Shown here one piece after another: positions 9,640-19,465 of a DNA stretch of 36,022 bases. Each line of letters opens with the position of its first letter. Position 1 is the first letter of the stretch. The notes under the pieces were generated by a model. That model searched no databases. It was not told where the DNA came from and was given only the letters and a program-made list of their open reading frames with translations. Source of the stretch: a virus (Duplodnaviria; Caudoviricetes); the IMG/VR virus record IMGVR_UViG_3300033067_001054, positions 1 to 36,022 of that record, one strand, 5' to 3'. The position numbers were made by a program, and so were the translations under genes.

Positions 9640-10050
9640 ATGGCGGACCTTACGATCACCGCGGCCAGCGTGGTGAAAGGCGCGGGTGCGCGCATCGACC
9701 GCAACGGATATGCCGGCGAGACGATCACCGCCGGGATGCCGGTCTACAAGGCATCGACCGGCTTCTGGATGAAGGCCGACTCCAACTCAGCCACGGCGCT
9801 GGCCCGAACCGCGATCGGCATCGCCCTCAATGGCGCGTCGCAATACCAGCCCATCGACGTGCAGACCGAAGGCGAGATCACCATCGGCGCGACGCTGACG
9901 GCGAACACGACCTATTACCTCTCGGACACCGCGGGCGGCATCTGCCCGCTCGCCGACGTCGGCAGCGGCGAATACACCGAGATCATCGGCGTGGCAAAGA
10001 GCACCACGGTCATGCTGCTCGTCCTCAAGGCGACCGGCGTCGCCAACTAA
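9640..10050 (+). CDS. Putative virion decoration/cement-like protein
   Basis: AGETITAGMPVY, AIGIALN and YYLSDTAGGI; strong RBS caggagg. Confidence 0.6.
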   Translation: MADLTITAASVVKGAGARIDRNGYAGETITAGMPVYKASTGFWMKADSNSATALARTAIGIALNGASQYQPIDVQTEGEITIGATLTANTTYYLSDTAGGICPLADVGSGEYTEIIGVAKSTTVMLLVLKATGVAN

Positions 10051-10072
10051 CCCCTGAGACAGGAGACGGAAC

Positions 10073-10495
10073 ATGGCCTCGGCAGCACGCATCGGCTACA
10101 ACACCATCCTCAAGAAAGGCGACGGCGGATCGCCTGAGGCCTTCACGGACTATGGCTGGGAGATCACCAGCCTCGACGGCATTGGCTTCTCCCGCGAAGC
10201 GATCGACGCCACGCATCTGCAGTCGGCATCCGGCTATCGCGAGTTCGTCGCCGGGCTCAAAACGATGAGCCCGATCAGCGTCGAGATCCAGTGGGTCGCC
10301 TCGAACACGGGCGCGCTGCAGACGCTGATCGAGGCCACGTCGCCGCTCGGCAACTGGCAGGCGCTGTTCCCCGACAACTCGACGGTCACGTTCTCCGCGC
10401 TGATCACCAGCTTCAAGTTGGGGGCGGTCACCCCGGATGGCAAGCTGACCGCGACGGTGGAACTCACCCCGTCCGGCGCGCCGACCTGGGCGTAA
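10073..10495 (+). CDS. Major tail tube protein
   Basis: REAIDATHLQS..GYREFVAGL, FPD and SGAPTW; 140 aa. Confidence 0.9.
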   Translation: MASAARIGYNTILKKGDGGSPEAFTDYGWEITSLDGIGFSREAIDATHLQSASGYREFVAGLKTMSPISVEIQWVASNTGALQTLIEATSPLGNWQALFPDNSTVTFSALITSFKLGAVTPDGKLTATVELTPSGAPTWA

Positions 10496-10498
10496 CGC

Positions 10499-10855
10499 AT
10501 GGGCGCGAACAAGGAACGGGGCGAGGTCGCCGTCCAGATCGGCAAGCAGAGCTTCACGCTGTGCTTTTCGACCAATGCGATTGCGGAGATCGAGCAGGTC
10601 GGCGACGCCAGCATCATGGTCCTTATGGCGCAGTACGTCACCGAGGGCAGGGCTTCAACCACGCGGCTGATGCTCTGGGGCGCGCTGCGCAAGTTCCATC
10701 CCGAGATCAGCCTGCTCGATGCCGGCGACATGCTGGACGATTGCACGCACGAGGACGGAAAGTCGGTCGGGGAGGCGATCGGGGAAGCGATCCGATTTCG
10801 CCTGGCCGCCCTCGGATACATCAAAGACGACGGGGAAGCCGCCCTCGACGGCTGA
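10499..10855 (+). CDS. Tail assembly chaperone (G-like)
   Basis: MGANKERGEV, LCFSTNAIAEIE and WGALRKFHPE; lies between tail tube and tape measure. Confidence 0.85.
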   Translation: MGANKERGEVAVQIGKQSFTLCFSTNAIAEIEQVGDASIMVLMAQYVTEGRASTTRLMLWGALRKFHPEISLLDAGDMLDDCTHEDGKSVGEAIGEAIRFRLAALGYIKDDGEAALDG

Positions 10856-11132
10856 CGCGCTCGTCGAGTTCATCGCTGCCGGGTTCTCTGAAGACCTGTT
10901 CTGGTCGCTGACGCCTCGTCAGGTCTGGCGGCATATGCTGGCGGCCCGGAAGCGGGACGCACGGGCGCACAATGAACTGATGACGGCGCACTATCTCGGC
11001 GCGCTGTTGCCGCACATGAAGAACCGTCCGCCGCTCAAGAAGCTGCTGGTCGATCCCGAACAGGGACCGCGCCAGAAGCAGGACTGGCGCGCGATCAAGG
11101 CCGCGTTTCAGGTGGCGCTTTCGGGAGACTGA
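10833..11132 (+). CDS. Tail assembly chaperone extension (T-like), probably made by frameshift
   Basis: FWSLTP motif typical of this chaperone segment, in the +1 frame relative to G; no ATG/GTG/TTG between the G stop and the motif. Confidence 0.65.
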   Translation, partial: GKPPSTADALVEFIAAGFSEDLFWSLTPRQVWRHMLAARKRDARAHNELMTAHYLGALLPHMKNRPPLKKLLVDPEQGPRQKQDWRAIKAAFQVALSGD

Positions 11133-11135
11133 CGG

Positions 11136-12827
11136 ATGGCAGGCGGATCGCTGATCGGCTCTCTGCGCGTCGCGCTCGGGCTGGATTCGGCCCAGTTCAC
11201 GACGGGGCTGGCGAAGGCCAAGGGCGAGATCGGCGGCTTCTCCAATGCGGCGAAGATCGGCTTTGCGGCTGTGGGCGCCGCTGCGATTGCGGCGGGCGCG
11301 GCGCTCGGTGTCGCGGTCAAGCGCTCGCTCGATCATGCGGACGCGCTGGGCAAGGCGGCGCAGAAGGCCGGCGTCTCGGTCGAGGCGCTGAGCCGGCTGG
11401 AATATGCCGCACGCCTGTCCGACGTCTCGATGGAAGGCCTCACCGGCTCGCTGACCAAGCTTGGCAAGGCGATGGTGGATGCCACCGTCGACAAGGGCGG
11501 GCAGGCGTCCATCGCCTTCAGGGCGCTCGGCATCGATGTGCGCGACGCCTCTGGCAACATCCGCGACACGAATGCGGTGTTCCTCGACATCGCCGACCGG
11601 TTCGGGCGGATGCAGGACGGCGCGACCAAGTCGACGCTGGCCATGCAACTGTTCGGCAAGAGCGGCGCCGAGCTGATCCCGCTGCTCAACAGCGGACGCG
11701 ACGGGCTCAAGGGCATGGCCGACGAGTCCGACCGGGTGGGCTTCACGCTCAAGACCTCCACGGGGGCGGCTGCGGAGGCCGTCAACGACAGTTTCACGCG
11801 GCTGGGGCTCGCCTTCGAGGGAGTCAGCAATCGCGTCACAGAGGCGGCTCTGCCGTCGCTTAAGAACCTCACCGACATCCTCAGTTCCTCGACGTTCCTT
11901 GACGCTGCCGCTGTGATCGGCGGGACGCTGGTGCACGCGGTGGCGCTGCTCGCCGAGGCGTTCAAGAACGCGGCTGAGGAAGCCCGTGTCATGGGCAACA
12001 TCCTCAAGAATATCCCGGTGCTCGGGCTCAATACCGGCATCAATATCGGCGGGCTGCAGATCGGTCCCGGCGAGACCAAGCCGACCGGCGGAGCATTCAA
12101 AGGCGGATGGGGCTCGGACGGCTTTGCGCCGCCACCCGCTCAAGTCACGGTTCACGGCGGGAGCACGTCTTCTACTCCGTTCGTTCCCGGCGATATTGCC
12201 GCGCTCGGCGATGCGGCCAAGTCGGCAAACCAGTTCATCGATCCGTTCCAGGCGCGAATGCAGGAACTCGCGCCGGTCCTCGACGATCTGCACAATCCCA
12301 TGTCGACCATGAAGGACGACCTGACCGACCTTGAAACCATGTTCAAGTCGGGCCGCATCACGGCAGAGGTCTACGGGCAGGCGGTGCAGCGGACCTATGC
12401 CAATGTCGCGGCATCGGCGCTCGATATGGCCTCGGGCATCACGGGCGCGCTCGCTTCGATGTTCAAGGACAACAAGGCGTTTGCGGTCGCGAATGCCGTC
12501 GTGCAAACGCTCAGCGGCGTCGCCAATGCCATCGGCAGCGGCCCGCCGCCGTGGAACTTCATCAATGCCGGCATCGCGGCGGCGAGCGGCGCGGCGAACG
12601 TCGCCAACATCCTCTCGACCTCCGAGACCTCGACCAGCGTGCCGGGAACATCAGCGGCGACGGCCTCGAGCACGGCAGCGGCAGCAGCGCCACGGCAGGC
12701 GGTCAACATCAGCCTGCAGGGCGGCCAGTTCTTCTCGCGCGGGCAGGTCGAGCAACTGCTCGACAGCATGGCCGAAGCGATGGGCGACGGCGCTGGCGGG
12801 CGCCTCATCAACGTCATCACGGGCTGA
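11136..12827 (+). CDS. Tape measure protein
   Basis: IGSLRVALGLDSAQF, Ala/Gly-rich helical sequence, LFGKSGAELIPLLN; 563 aa. Confidence 0.93.
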   Translation: MAGGSLIGSLRVALGLDSAQFTTGLAKAKGEIGGFSNAAKIGFAAVGAAAIAAGAALGVAVKRSLDHADALGKAAQKAGVSVEALSRLEYAARLSDVSMEGLTGSLTKLGKAMVDATVDKGGQASIAFRALGIDVRDASGNIRDTNAVFLDIADRFGRMQDGATKSTLAMQLFGKSGAELIPLLNSGRDGLKGMADESDRVGFTLKTSTGAAAEAVNDSFTRLGLAFEGVSNRVTEAALPSLKNLTDILSSSTFLDAAAVIGGTLVHAVALLAEAFKNAAEEARVMGNILKNIPVLGLNTGINIGGLQIGPGETKPTGGAFKGGWGSDGFAPPPAQVTVHGGSTSSTPFVPGDIAALGDAAKSANQFIDPFQARMQELAPVLDDLHNPMSTMKDDLTDLETMFKSGRITAEVYGQAVQRTYANVAASALDMASGITGALASMFKDNKAFAVANAVVQTLSGVANAIGSGPPPWNFINAGIAAASGAANVANILSTSETSTSVPGTSAATASSTAAAAAPRQAVNISLQGGQFFSRGQVEQLLDSMAEAMGDGAGGRLINVITG

Positions 12828-12830
12828 ACC

Positions 12831-13640
12831 ATGATCGTTATTGCCGATGCCCTTGCCCTGACGCTGATCGGGACGACCGAAGCCGACTATCCGGTGATCG
12901 GATGGGACAATCTCGTCACCTCGAGCAGCATTGCGGCGACCGCAGAGGACGCCGACTATCCGGCGCGCAACCTCGCCAACCCAGCCACCAACCAGCTTTG
13001 GAAAGGGACAGGCACCGGCACGCAATATTTGACGGTGACGATGGGTGCGGGCGTGCCTGTGTCCTTCGTCGGGATCGCGCGGCACAATTTCGGAACCATC
13101 GGCGCGACGATCACCATTCAGTACGACCCAGGGACCGGCAGCTGGGCCACGCTCGCGGGCCCGCAGATCCCCGGCGATGATCGCCCGCTGCTGTTCATCA
13201 GCGATGAGACGGTCGCGACCGGCGTGCGGGTGAAGATCGAGAACGCGACGGCCATTCCGCAGGCGGCGGTGCTGTCGGTGGGGCTGGCGCTGAGGATGCA
13301 GCGCGGCGTGCAGGCGGGCGTGATGCCATTTCCGCATGGCCGGTCGCGGGAGTTCGTCAACGGCGCAGCGCAGAACGGCGATTATCTCGGCGACATCCAG
13401 ATCCGCGAACGGCTCAACGGCTCGATGCTGTTCAAGGCGCTCGACGCCGATTGGTATCGGCAGAACGTGCAGGACTTCGTCGACGTGGCAAGGACGCCGT
13501 TCTTCGTGGCGTGGATGCCCGCATCCTATCCGACCGAGTGTGCCTATGCCTGGTGCACGGAAGACCCGCAGCCGGGCTTTGCCTATGGCGTGCCGGACTA
13601 TCTCGACCTGACGCTGAAGATGGAAGGGCTGGCGCTGTGA
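12831..13640 (+). CDS. Distal tail/tail tip protein
   Basis: Follows the tape measure gene; YPARNLANPAT, IARHNF and PFFVAWMP. Confidence 0.7.
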   Translation: MIVIADALALTLIGTTEADYPVIGWDNLVTSSSIAATAEDADYPARNLANPATNQLWKGTGTGTQYLTVTMGAGVPVSFVGIARHNFGTIGATITIQYDPGTGSWATLAGPQIPGDDRPLLFISDETVATGVRVKIENATAIPQAAVLSVGLALRMQRGVQAGVMPFPHGRSREFVNGAAQNGDYLGDIQIRERLNGSMLFKALDADWYRQNVQDFVDVARTPFFVAWMPASYPTECAYAWCTEDPQPGFAYGVPDYLDLTLKMEGLAL

Positions 13641-13891
13641 GCATCTTCCATGACGGCTGCACCGCAGGTCCGCTCTCGGGCTGGCTCAACGGCATGATCG
13701 CCGGGTGCTGCGATGCGCACGATCTTGCGCTCGATCACTCGACGGACTGGCAGACGTTCGTCGACGCCAACTGGCAGCTCTACCAGTGCGTGGCGCATGT
13801 CTCGCCCGCTCTCGCTGCCGGCGTATTCTTGGCGGTCGCCGGGCCAATCGGTTGGGTGCTCTACAAGTTCGGGCCGAAGGCTAAGCAGTGA
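13637..13891 (+). CDS. Small phospholipase A2-like protein
   Basis: 84 aa, DGCT...CCDAHD...ANWQLYQC with a hydrophobic C-terminus; GTGA-coupled at both ends. Confidence 0.6.
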   Translation: MSIFHDGCTAGPLSGWLNGMIAGCCDAHDLALDHSTDWQTFVDANWQLYQCVAHVSPALAAGVFLAVAGPIGWVLYKFGPKAKQ

Positions 13892-16437
13892 CCCGTCAGG
13901 CTATCCGCTACGTCGAGATCGATGTCCCGGTCTGCGCTAACACATATGGCGTCGCGCCGTGCACGGCCTCGGTGCCGACCACGGGCGCGGACAAATGCTA
14001 TAATTGTGTCTCGACGTGCCAGTCATCTGCCAACTATTCCGACACGAGCGAGACCGTCCGTTTCGCCGAGGCGACCGGGTTCAACCCCGACGACATCGAG
14101 GCGCATCCGATCATTGAGTCGGTGAGCTTCACGCCGGGCCGCATCTCGCTCGGGCAGGATCTCGGGCAGCGCTCGTCGGTGTCGGTGACGTTCCGCGACT
14201 ACCGGCATTCGGATGCGGGGCCGGGGCTCGATCCTTACCACGCCAGCCGGTCCTATGATCCCTACGCTCAGGGCACGTTCTGGGGCCGCTGGAAGGCCCG
14301 CCAGCCCTACATCAAGGGCAGCGAGCTTCGGCTGCTCACCGGCTTTGTCGGCGATGCTCTGGCCGACATGGAAACCCGCACCTTCATCGTCGAGTCCTTC
14401 AACGGACCGGGAATGGATGGGCGCTACACCATCACGGCGAAAGACCCGCTGAAGTTGCTCGACGGCGACCAGGCGCAGGCCCCTGCGCTCTCGGCCGGCT
14501 ATCTCTCTGGCTCGCTGACGACATCAACGACGAGCGCCACGCTCCTTCCGGTGGGCATCGGCAATTCGGAATATCCGGCCTCGGGCTATGCGGCCATCGG
14601 CGGCAAGGAGATCGTGAGCTTCACCCGCTCGGGCGACGTGCTGACGATCACCCGCGCCCAGTACAACACGACGGCAATCGCGCATTCGGCGAATGATCGT
14701 GTGCAGGTATGCGCGGTGTGGACGGCGCAAGACCCTGCCGACATCATCGACGATCTGACGACGACCTATGGGTCGGTGCCATCGGGCTACATTCCGATTG
14801 CCGACTGGCAGGCCGAGACCGACGCCTATCTCGGGCAGGTCTACACCGGCATCGTCGCCGAGCCGACCAGCGTCAAGACCCTGATCGGCGAATTAGCATT
14901 GCAGGCCGGCCTCGCCATCTGGTGGGACGATCTCACCGCTCAAATCCGCCTGCAGGTGCTGCGCGCCATCTCGACCGATGCCGAGCTCTTCGACGATGCC
15001 TCGGACAAGCTCGGCGGCACGCTGCAGATCACCGAGCAGCCCGATCAGCGGGTGTCGCAGGTGTGGACCTACTTCGCCCAGCGCAACCCGCTGGACGGGC
15101 AGGAGGACGGCAACAATTATCGCTCGGTCGACGTGCTCGTCGATGGGCCAGCCGAGATCAACTACGGCACCCCGGCGCTGCAGAAGATCTATAGCCGGTG
15201 GATTCCGGTCGGCGGACGCGCGGTCGCGACCAAGCTCAACGCGCTGCAGCTGGGGCGCTTCGTTGCCGCGCCGCGCAAGTTCAATTTCGACGTGTTCCGG
15301 CGCGACGGGCGCGACCCGGTGCGGCTCGGCGGCGGCTACCAGATCAAGGCCTATCCATTGCAGGAGGCCGATGGCACGGCAGAGACAGTGCCGGTGCAGG
15401 TGACGCGGCTGATCCCGGAGAAAGATCGCTGGTCGGTCGAGGCCGAGGAAGTCCAGTTCACCAACTATTCGGGTTCGATCACCAACAAGACGGTGATCTA
15501 CGACGCCGACGTCAATGCCCGGAACGGCTACGACGATTGCTACAATCTGTACGGCGCGCCGGCGCACGGCGACACCGTCAACTTCATCATCAATGCCGGC
15601 GTCAAGCTGGGCTCGACCGGCACGTCGGTCGCGTCATTCAATCTCGGATCGTCCTGGCCGACGATCACCCGCTCGGGCAACCGGACGGCTAGCTCGCCGA
15701 TCATCACGGGGCTATCGAGCACCACCGAATTCCGCGCCGGGCAGTTCATCACCGGCGCCGGCATTCCGGCGCAGACCAAAATCCAGAGCGTCGATAGCGG
15801 ATCGCAGATCACGCTCGATAAGAACGCGACGAGCGGCGCGGCGACATCGACCTCGCTGACGATCTACACCGTCATCATCAACATCACGCTGAACGGCACG
15901 GTGGACGGTGCCGGCGGTAAGGGCGGACAGGGCCGGTCGGAGTCGAGCGGCTATATCTCGCCCACGGTCGGCGAGGCGGGCGGAACGGCGATCTATGCCC
16001 GCTACTTCGCAAACCTGATTTTTGGCGCTCTTGCGAAGCTCCGCGGCGGCGGTGGTGGCGGCGGTGGATCGGCAACCGGCGACGGCTCCGATCTCGTCGG
16101 CGGCGGCGGTGGTGGCGGTGCAGGCGTTCCGCCCGGTGCAGGTGGCCCATCAGGCACGGGCACACAGACCGCAGAGGCGGGCAGCGCAGGCACGGCAGAG
16201 ACCGGCGGGATTGGTGGGCGCAGCTGGACCAAGGACGTGCCCTGGGCCTTTGCCGGACTCGACGGCGCGCATCGCGGCGGCACGGGCGGCAACATCGGGG
16301 TCGCCGGATCGAAGGGCGCCAATCAGGCCAGCCACACGGGCGCCAGCGGCGGCGCGGTCGGCAGCGCCATCGATGGCGTCAGCTACATCAAGAGCAGCGG
16401 CACACCGGCCAGCCTTCTCGGCGGACAGGTCAACTAA
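13888..16437 (+). CDS. Tail hub/central tail protein with Gly-rich C-terminal domain
   Basis: 849 aa, N-terminal Cys cluster (CANTYGVAPC, KCYNCVSTC) and C-terminal GGGGGGG repeats. Confidence 0.8.
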   Translation: MTRQAIRYVEIDVPVCANTYGVAPCTASVPTTGADKCYNCVSTCQSSANYSDTSETVRFAEATGFNPDDIEAHPIIESVSFTPGRISLGQDLGQRSSVSVTFRDYRHSDAGPGLDPYHASRSYDPYAQGTFWGRWKARQPYIKGSELRLLTGFVGDALADMETRTFIVESFNGPGMDGRYTITAKDPLKLLDGDQAQAPALSAGYLSGSLTTSTTSATLLPVGIGNSEYPASGYAAIGGKEIVSFTRSGDVLTITRAQYNTTAIAHSANDRVQVCAVWTAQDPADIIDDLTTTYGSVPSGYIPIADWQAETDAYLGQVYTGIVAEPTSVKTLIGELALQAGLAIWWDDLTAQIRLQVLRAISTDAELFDDASDKLGGTLQITEQPDQRVSQVWTYFAQRNPLDGQEDGNNYRSVDVLVDGPAEINYGTPALQKIYSRWIPVGGRAVATKLNALQLGRFVAAPRKFNFDVFRRDGRDPVRLGGGYQIKAYPLQEADGTAETVPVQVTRLIPEKDRWSVEAEEVQFTNYSGSITNKTVIYDADVNARNGYDDCYNLYGAPAHGDTVNFIINAGVKLGSTGTSVASFNLGSSWPTITRSGNRTASSPIITGLSSTTEFRAGQFITGAGIPAQTKIQSVDSGSQITLDKNATSGAATSTSLTIYTVIINITLNGTVDGAGGKGGQGRSESSGYISPTVGEAGGTAIYARYFANLIFGALAKLRGGGGGGGGSATGDGSDLVGGGGGGGAGVPPGAGGPSGTGTQTAEAGSAGTAETGGIGGRSWTKDVPWAFAGLDGAHRGGTGGNIGVAGSKGANQASHTGASGGAVGSAIDGVSYIKSSGTPASLLGGQVN

Positions 16438-16449
16438 AGGACATCGCGA

Positions 16450-17832
16450 ATGGCAACCTATGGCCGCTGGAACCGCACCATCCAAGATGGGGCGGGAAAC
16501 GTGCTCAATGCAAAGGTGTGGGTCTACCGCGAGAGCGATGGGCTGCCCGCGACCATCTATGATGATCGTGCGGGGGCGACGCCGAAAGCAAACCCATTTA
16601 CCCTGAGTAGTTCGGACCAGGGACTGGCGTTCTTCCACGCCGCCGGCGGGGCCTACAAGGTCGTCGCGACCTATGGCAGCTATACGCAGACCTGGCGCTA
16701 CGAGCCGGTCGGCACCGGCGCCGAGTTCGACTTGACGAGCTTCCCGGCCGTGACTCCTGCAGCCAGTTCCACACCGGCCAGCCTTGTGTTGCCAGAGGCG
16801 ACCTCAAACGGGACTGACACGGTCACGATTTCGGCTCCTGCGTCGTTGTCGGCAAACCGTGCTTTCAGCCTACCTGATGCAGATGTCACCTTCGGCGCAA
16901 CCGGACTATCCTTGCTCGCGGCGGCGTCCGTCACTGCTGCGCTTGCCATTCTGTTCCCCGGCGCTGGCGGGACTATCACGACGGACTCGCTACTGATCAC
17001 CAGTTCATCGACTGGCTCGGCGGGCCACAGCCTGCCCACCCTTGCGCTCCGCAGCAATGACCAGGTCACGCGCGACGGTGCTGGGGGCTTCATCCGATTC
17101 CAGGGCTACAACAGCTCGAACGTGTTGCGGGATGCCCTGCAACTGAATGGTGGCCTCATTGATGCGACAGCGGGATCGGAGCAGGGCGACCTCGACATCA
17201 ACATCTATCGGAACGGGGCCAACAAAGTCCTCGCGATCCGCGGAGACTGGTCGGCCTTTGCTCCGGGCGATGCCAATATGTGGGGGCTGGGGAAGACCGG
17301 CAATGAATGGTCGGGGATCTATGCCTATTCGGCGCTTATTGGCGCGGCGGCCGCTACGCCGTCGACCACGATGCTGCAGGTACTTGCTGCCGGGAACGCG
17401 TCACTTGGTTTCAGCGTCTATAACAATTCGACGGGTGCCGCTGCCCTTGCGCAGTTCGACATCAAGACTGGGACGGCCAACACCTCGATCAACTTCAACG
17501 TGCAGAACAACTCAGGCGCGCCGCTGGCGCAGCTGAAGATGGGTTCGGCGGTTGCCAACTTCTACTTCGACACCGAGGTCTTTCACTTCCGCAACGCAGC
17601 TGGCGGCACCGAGTACCTGCAGCTCGATAGCACAGCACTCAACATCAAGACCGGCGTTCTCAAGATGGCGGGAACGCAGATCGCCACTACTCGCCGCACT
17701 GGCTGGACCGTCGCCACCGGCACGCCCTCTCGGGCGACGTTTGCAACGGGCAGCGTCACCCTCGCAACCCTGGCCGGCGTCGTGATGGCGCTCGAACAAG
17801 ACCTCATTACTCATGGCCTCATCGGCACATAA
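16450..17832 (+). CDS. Tail fiber/receptor-binding protein
   Basis: N-terminal anchor (IQDGAGNV...ANPFT), Ser/Thr/Ala beta-rich body, C-terminal TGW...ALEQDLITHGLI. Confidence 0.8.
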   Translation: MATYGRWNRTIQDGAGNVLNAKVWVYRESDGLPATIYDDRAGATPKANPFTLSSSDQGLAFFHAAGGAYKVVATYGSYTQTWRYEPVGTGAEFDLTSFPAVTPAASSTPASLVLPEATSNGTDTVTISAPASLSANRAFSLPDADVTFGATGLSLLAAASVTAALAILFPGAGGTITTDSLLITSSSTGSAGHSLPTLALRSNDQVTRDGAGGFIRFQGYNSSNVLRDALQLNGGLIDATAGSEQGDLDINIYRNGANKVLAIRGDWSAFAPGDANMWGLGKTGNEWSGIYAYSALIGAAAATPSTTMLQVLAAGNASLGFSVYNNSTGAAALAQFDIKTGTANTSINFNVQNNSGAPLAQLKMGSAVANFYFDTEVFHFRNAAGGTEYLQLDSTALNIKTGVLKMAGTQIATTRRTGWTVATGTPSRATFATGSVTLATLAGVVMALEQDLITHGLIGT

Positions 17833-17847
17833 GGAAAGGACCGACTG

Positions 17848-18132
17848 TTGAAGACCATTGCACTCCCTGCCGCCACCGAGCACCAGCCGCGCGCCATCAT
17901 CAAGATGGTGGCCGAAACGCCGTCCCGCGATGGCGGGCAGCCCGTTCCCATCACCATTGGCGAGATGCGGCAGCGCATTCGCATCCTCGACGCGCTCGAC
18001 GAATCCGGCGACACGCTCACGCTTGAGGATGCCGACTACGACCGGCTTGTTGCGCTGTTTGACCTGTTCCCGTTCGGCATGGCGCATCGCGATATCCTCG
18101 CGCTGGCAGATGCTATTGCCGGAGCGAAATAG
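17848..18132 (+). CDS. Small hypothetical protein (possible fiber chaperone)
   Basis: 94 aa after the fiber gene, RBS aaggaaagga. Confidence 0.6.
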   Translation: MKTIALPAATEHQPRAIIKMVAETPSRDGGQPVPITIGEMRQRIRILDALDESGDTLTLEDADYDRLVALFDLFPFGMAHRDILALADAIAGAK

Positions 18133-18169
18133 AGGCGCGTTCCGACCGGGGCTTTGAAAGGAAAGCATC

Positions 18170-18694
18170 ATGATTGAACCCAGCTGGCTCACCCGAGCCC
18201 GGCACTTCATCGGCATGGCCGAATTGCCGGGCGTCAAGAACTCGCCCGAACTGATGGCCGTGCTCGATTGGGCCGACGGCAAGCAGGACGGCAAGACGCT
18301 CGGCGCGCAGAATGACGATGAGGCCTACTGCGCCAAGGGCGTCTGCGCCGTGCTCGAGCTCGAGCAGATCCGCTCGACCCGCTCGCCGGCCGCACGATCA
18401 TTCCAGAAGTGGGGGCAGACGCTCGCCGGCCCCGCGCTCGGCGCCGTTGTCGTCTTCTGGCGCAAGAGTGTCGATGGCCCGTTTGGGCATGTCGGCTTCG
18501 TCGCCGGCCGGGACAGCAGCGGCAATGTGATGTGCCTCGGCTTCAACCAGTCCGACAGCATCAACATTCGAGCCTTCCCGATGGCCCGCGTGCTTTCGTT
18601 CCGCTGGCCGCCCGGCCTCGCCAAGCCGAAGACCGGCTTCGCCACGCTGCCGCTGCTCAAGAGCGACGGCACGGTCTCGACCAACGAGGCCTGA
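18170..18694 (+). CDS. Endolysin, TIGR02594/NlpC-P60-like
   Basis: EPSWL...E..G, DEAYCA, ARSF..WG, GAVVVFWR, GHVGFV and LGFNQSD. Confidence 0.88.
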   Translation: MIEPSWLTRARHFIGMAELPGVKNSPELMAVLDWADGKQDGKTLGAQNDDEAYCAKGVCAVLELEQIRSTRSPAARSFQKWGQTLAGPALGAVVVFWRKSVDGPFGHVGFVAGRDSSGNVMCLGFNQSDSINIRAFPMARVLSFRWPPGLAKPKTGFATLPLLKSDGTVSTNEA

Positions 18695-18742
18695 TTTCCC
18701 GCGCCCGGCGGTTCCGGGCAACACACCAAGGAGACTACTAGG

Positions 18743-19015
18743 ATGTCCTGGTCGTACCAGAAGGCAGGCCGCGCCTCGAAGCTGGCCGAGATCGTCAAGC
18801 AGCAGGTGATCGCCACTCAGGGGTGCCCGAAAGGCAGCGCTGAAGAGGCCGCCAAGAACCAGCTCGGCGAAGTCCTCGAAACGCTCTGCAAGAGCTTTGC
18901 CGAGGATCGCGTTGTCAAGATCAGCGCCAGTGGCTCGGCATGGACCGAAGGCGACAAAGCGCGCTCGCAGCACCTCAAAGTCGAGTTTGAAACGCTCGGC
19001 GACTTCGTCGAGTAA
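18743..19015 (+). CDS. Hypothetical protein
   Basis: 90 aa, RBS aaggag. Confidence 0.75.
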   Translation: MSWSYQKAGRASKLAEIVKQQVIATQGCPKGSAEEAAKNQLGEVLETLCKSFAEDRVVKISASGSAWTEGDKARSQHLKVEFETLGDFVE

Positions 19016-19215
19016 TGAGCGACGTTCTCGACGCCCTCGAATCGGCGGCCGAGGCAGGTGACGAACGCATCACGCGCGACTCCGTATCGGGGCCGCGCGT
19101 GAGCAGCAACCGGCGCACCGCCGCCGTCAAGAACATCATCCTTCGCTTCCTCGAGAACTGTCCCGAGGACCTCACCGTGAACGAAGTCAGGCAAGAGCTC
19201 GAACGCTCCGACTGA
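19015..19215 (+). CDS. Hypothetical protein
   Basis: 66 aa, TAATG-coupled to the upstream gene. Confidence 0.7.
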   Translation: MSDVLDALESAAEAGDERITRDSVSGPRVSSNRRTAAVKNIILRFLENCPEDLTVNEVRQELERSD

Positions 19216-19258
19216 CGCGCGCCGGGCGCATTCCCGGCTCAATCGAAAGGACATCCTC

Positions 19259-19465
19259 ATGGATGAAGTCAAAGGCCTCCTGGCCTCCAAAGGCGTTTGG
19301 GGCGGCGTGATCGCCTTCCTCGGCGCGCTCGCCGCGATCTTCCATATCGACTTCGGCGCCGCCGATCAGGCCGCGACCCTCGATGCCGTCTGGCAGATCG
19401 TGAGCGCTGCCGGTGCGCTGCTCGCCATCTGGGGCCGCATCACCGCCAAGAAGCGCATCGGATGA
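19259..19465 (+). CDS. Putative holin
   Basis: 68 aa, two hydrophobic helices, SKGVWGG...IWGRITAKKRIG basic tail. Confidence 0.7.
   Translation: MDEVKGLLASKGVWGGVIAFLGALAAIFHIDFGAADQAATLDAVWQIVSAAGALLAIWGRITAKKRIG

Noticed and set aside
10821-12506. Long antisense ORFs (also 6313-7494, 26118-27737, 22301-23437, 23296-24465)
   Set aside because: Shadow frames of real genes in high-GC DNA
16040-16145. GGC/GGT repeats
   Set aside because: They encode poly-Gly tracts of the Gly-rich tail domain with mixed codons
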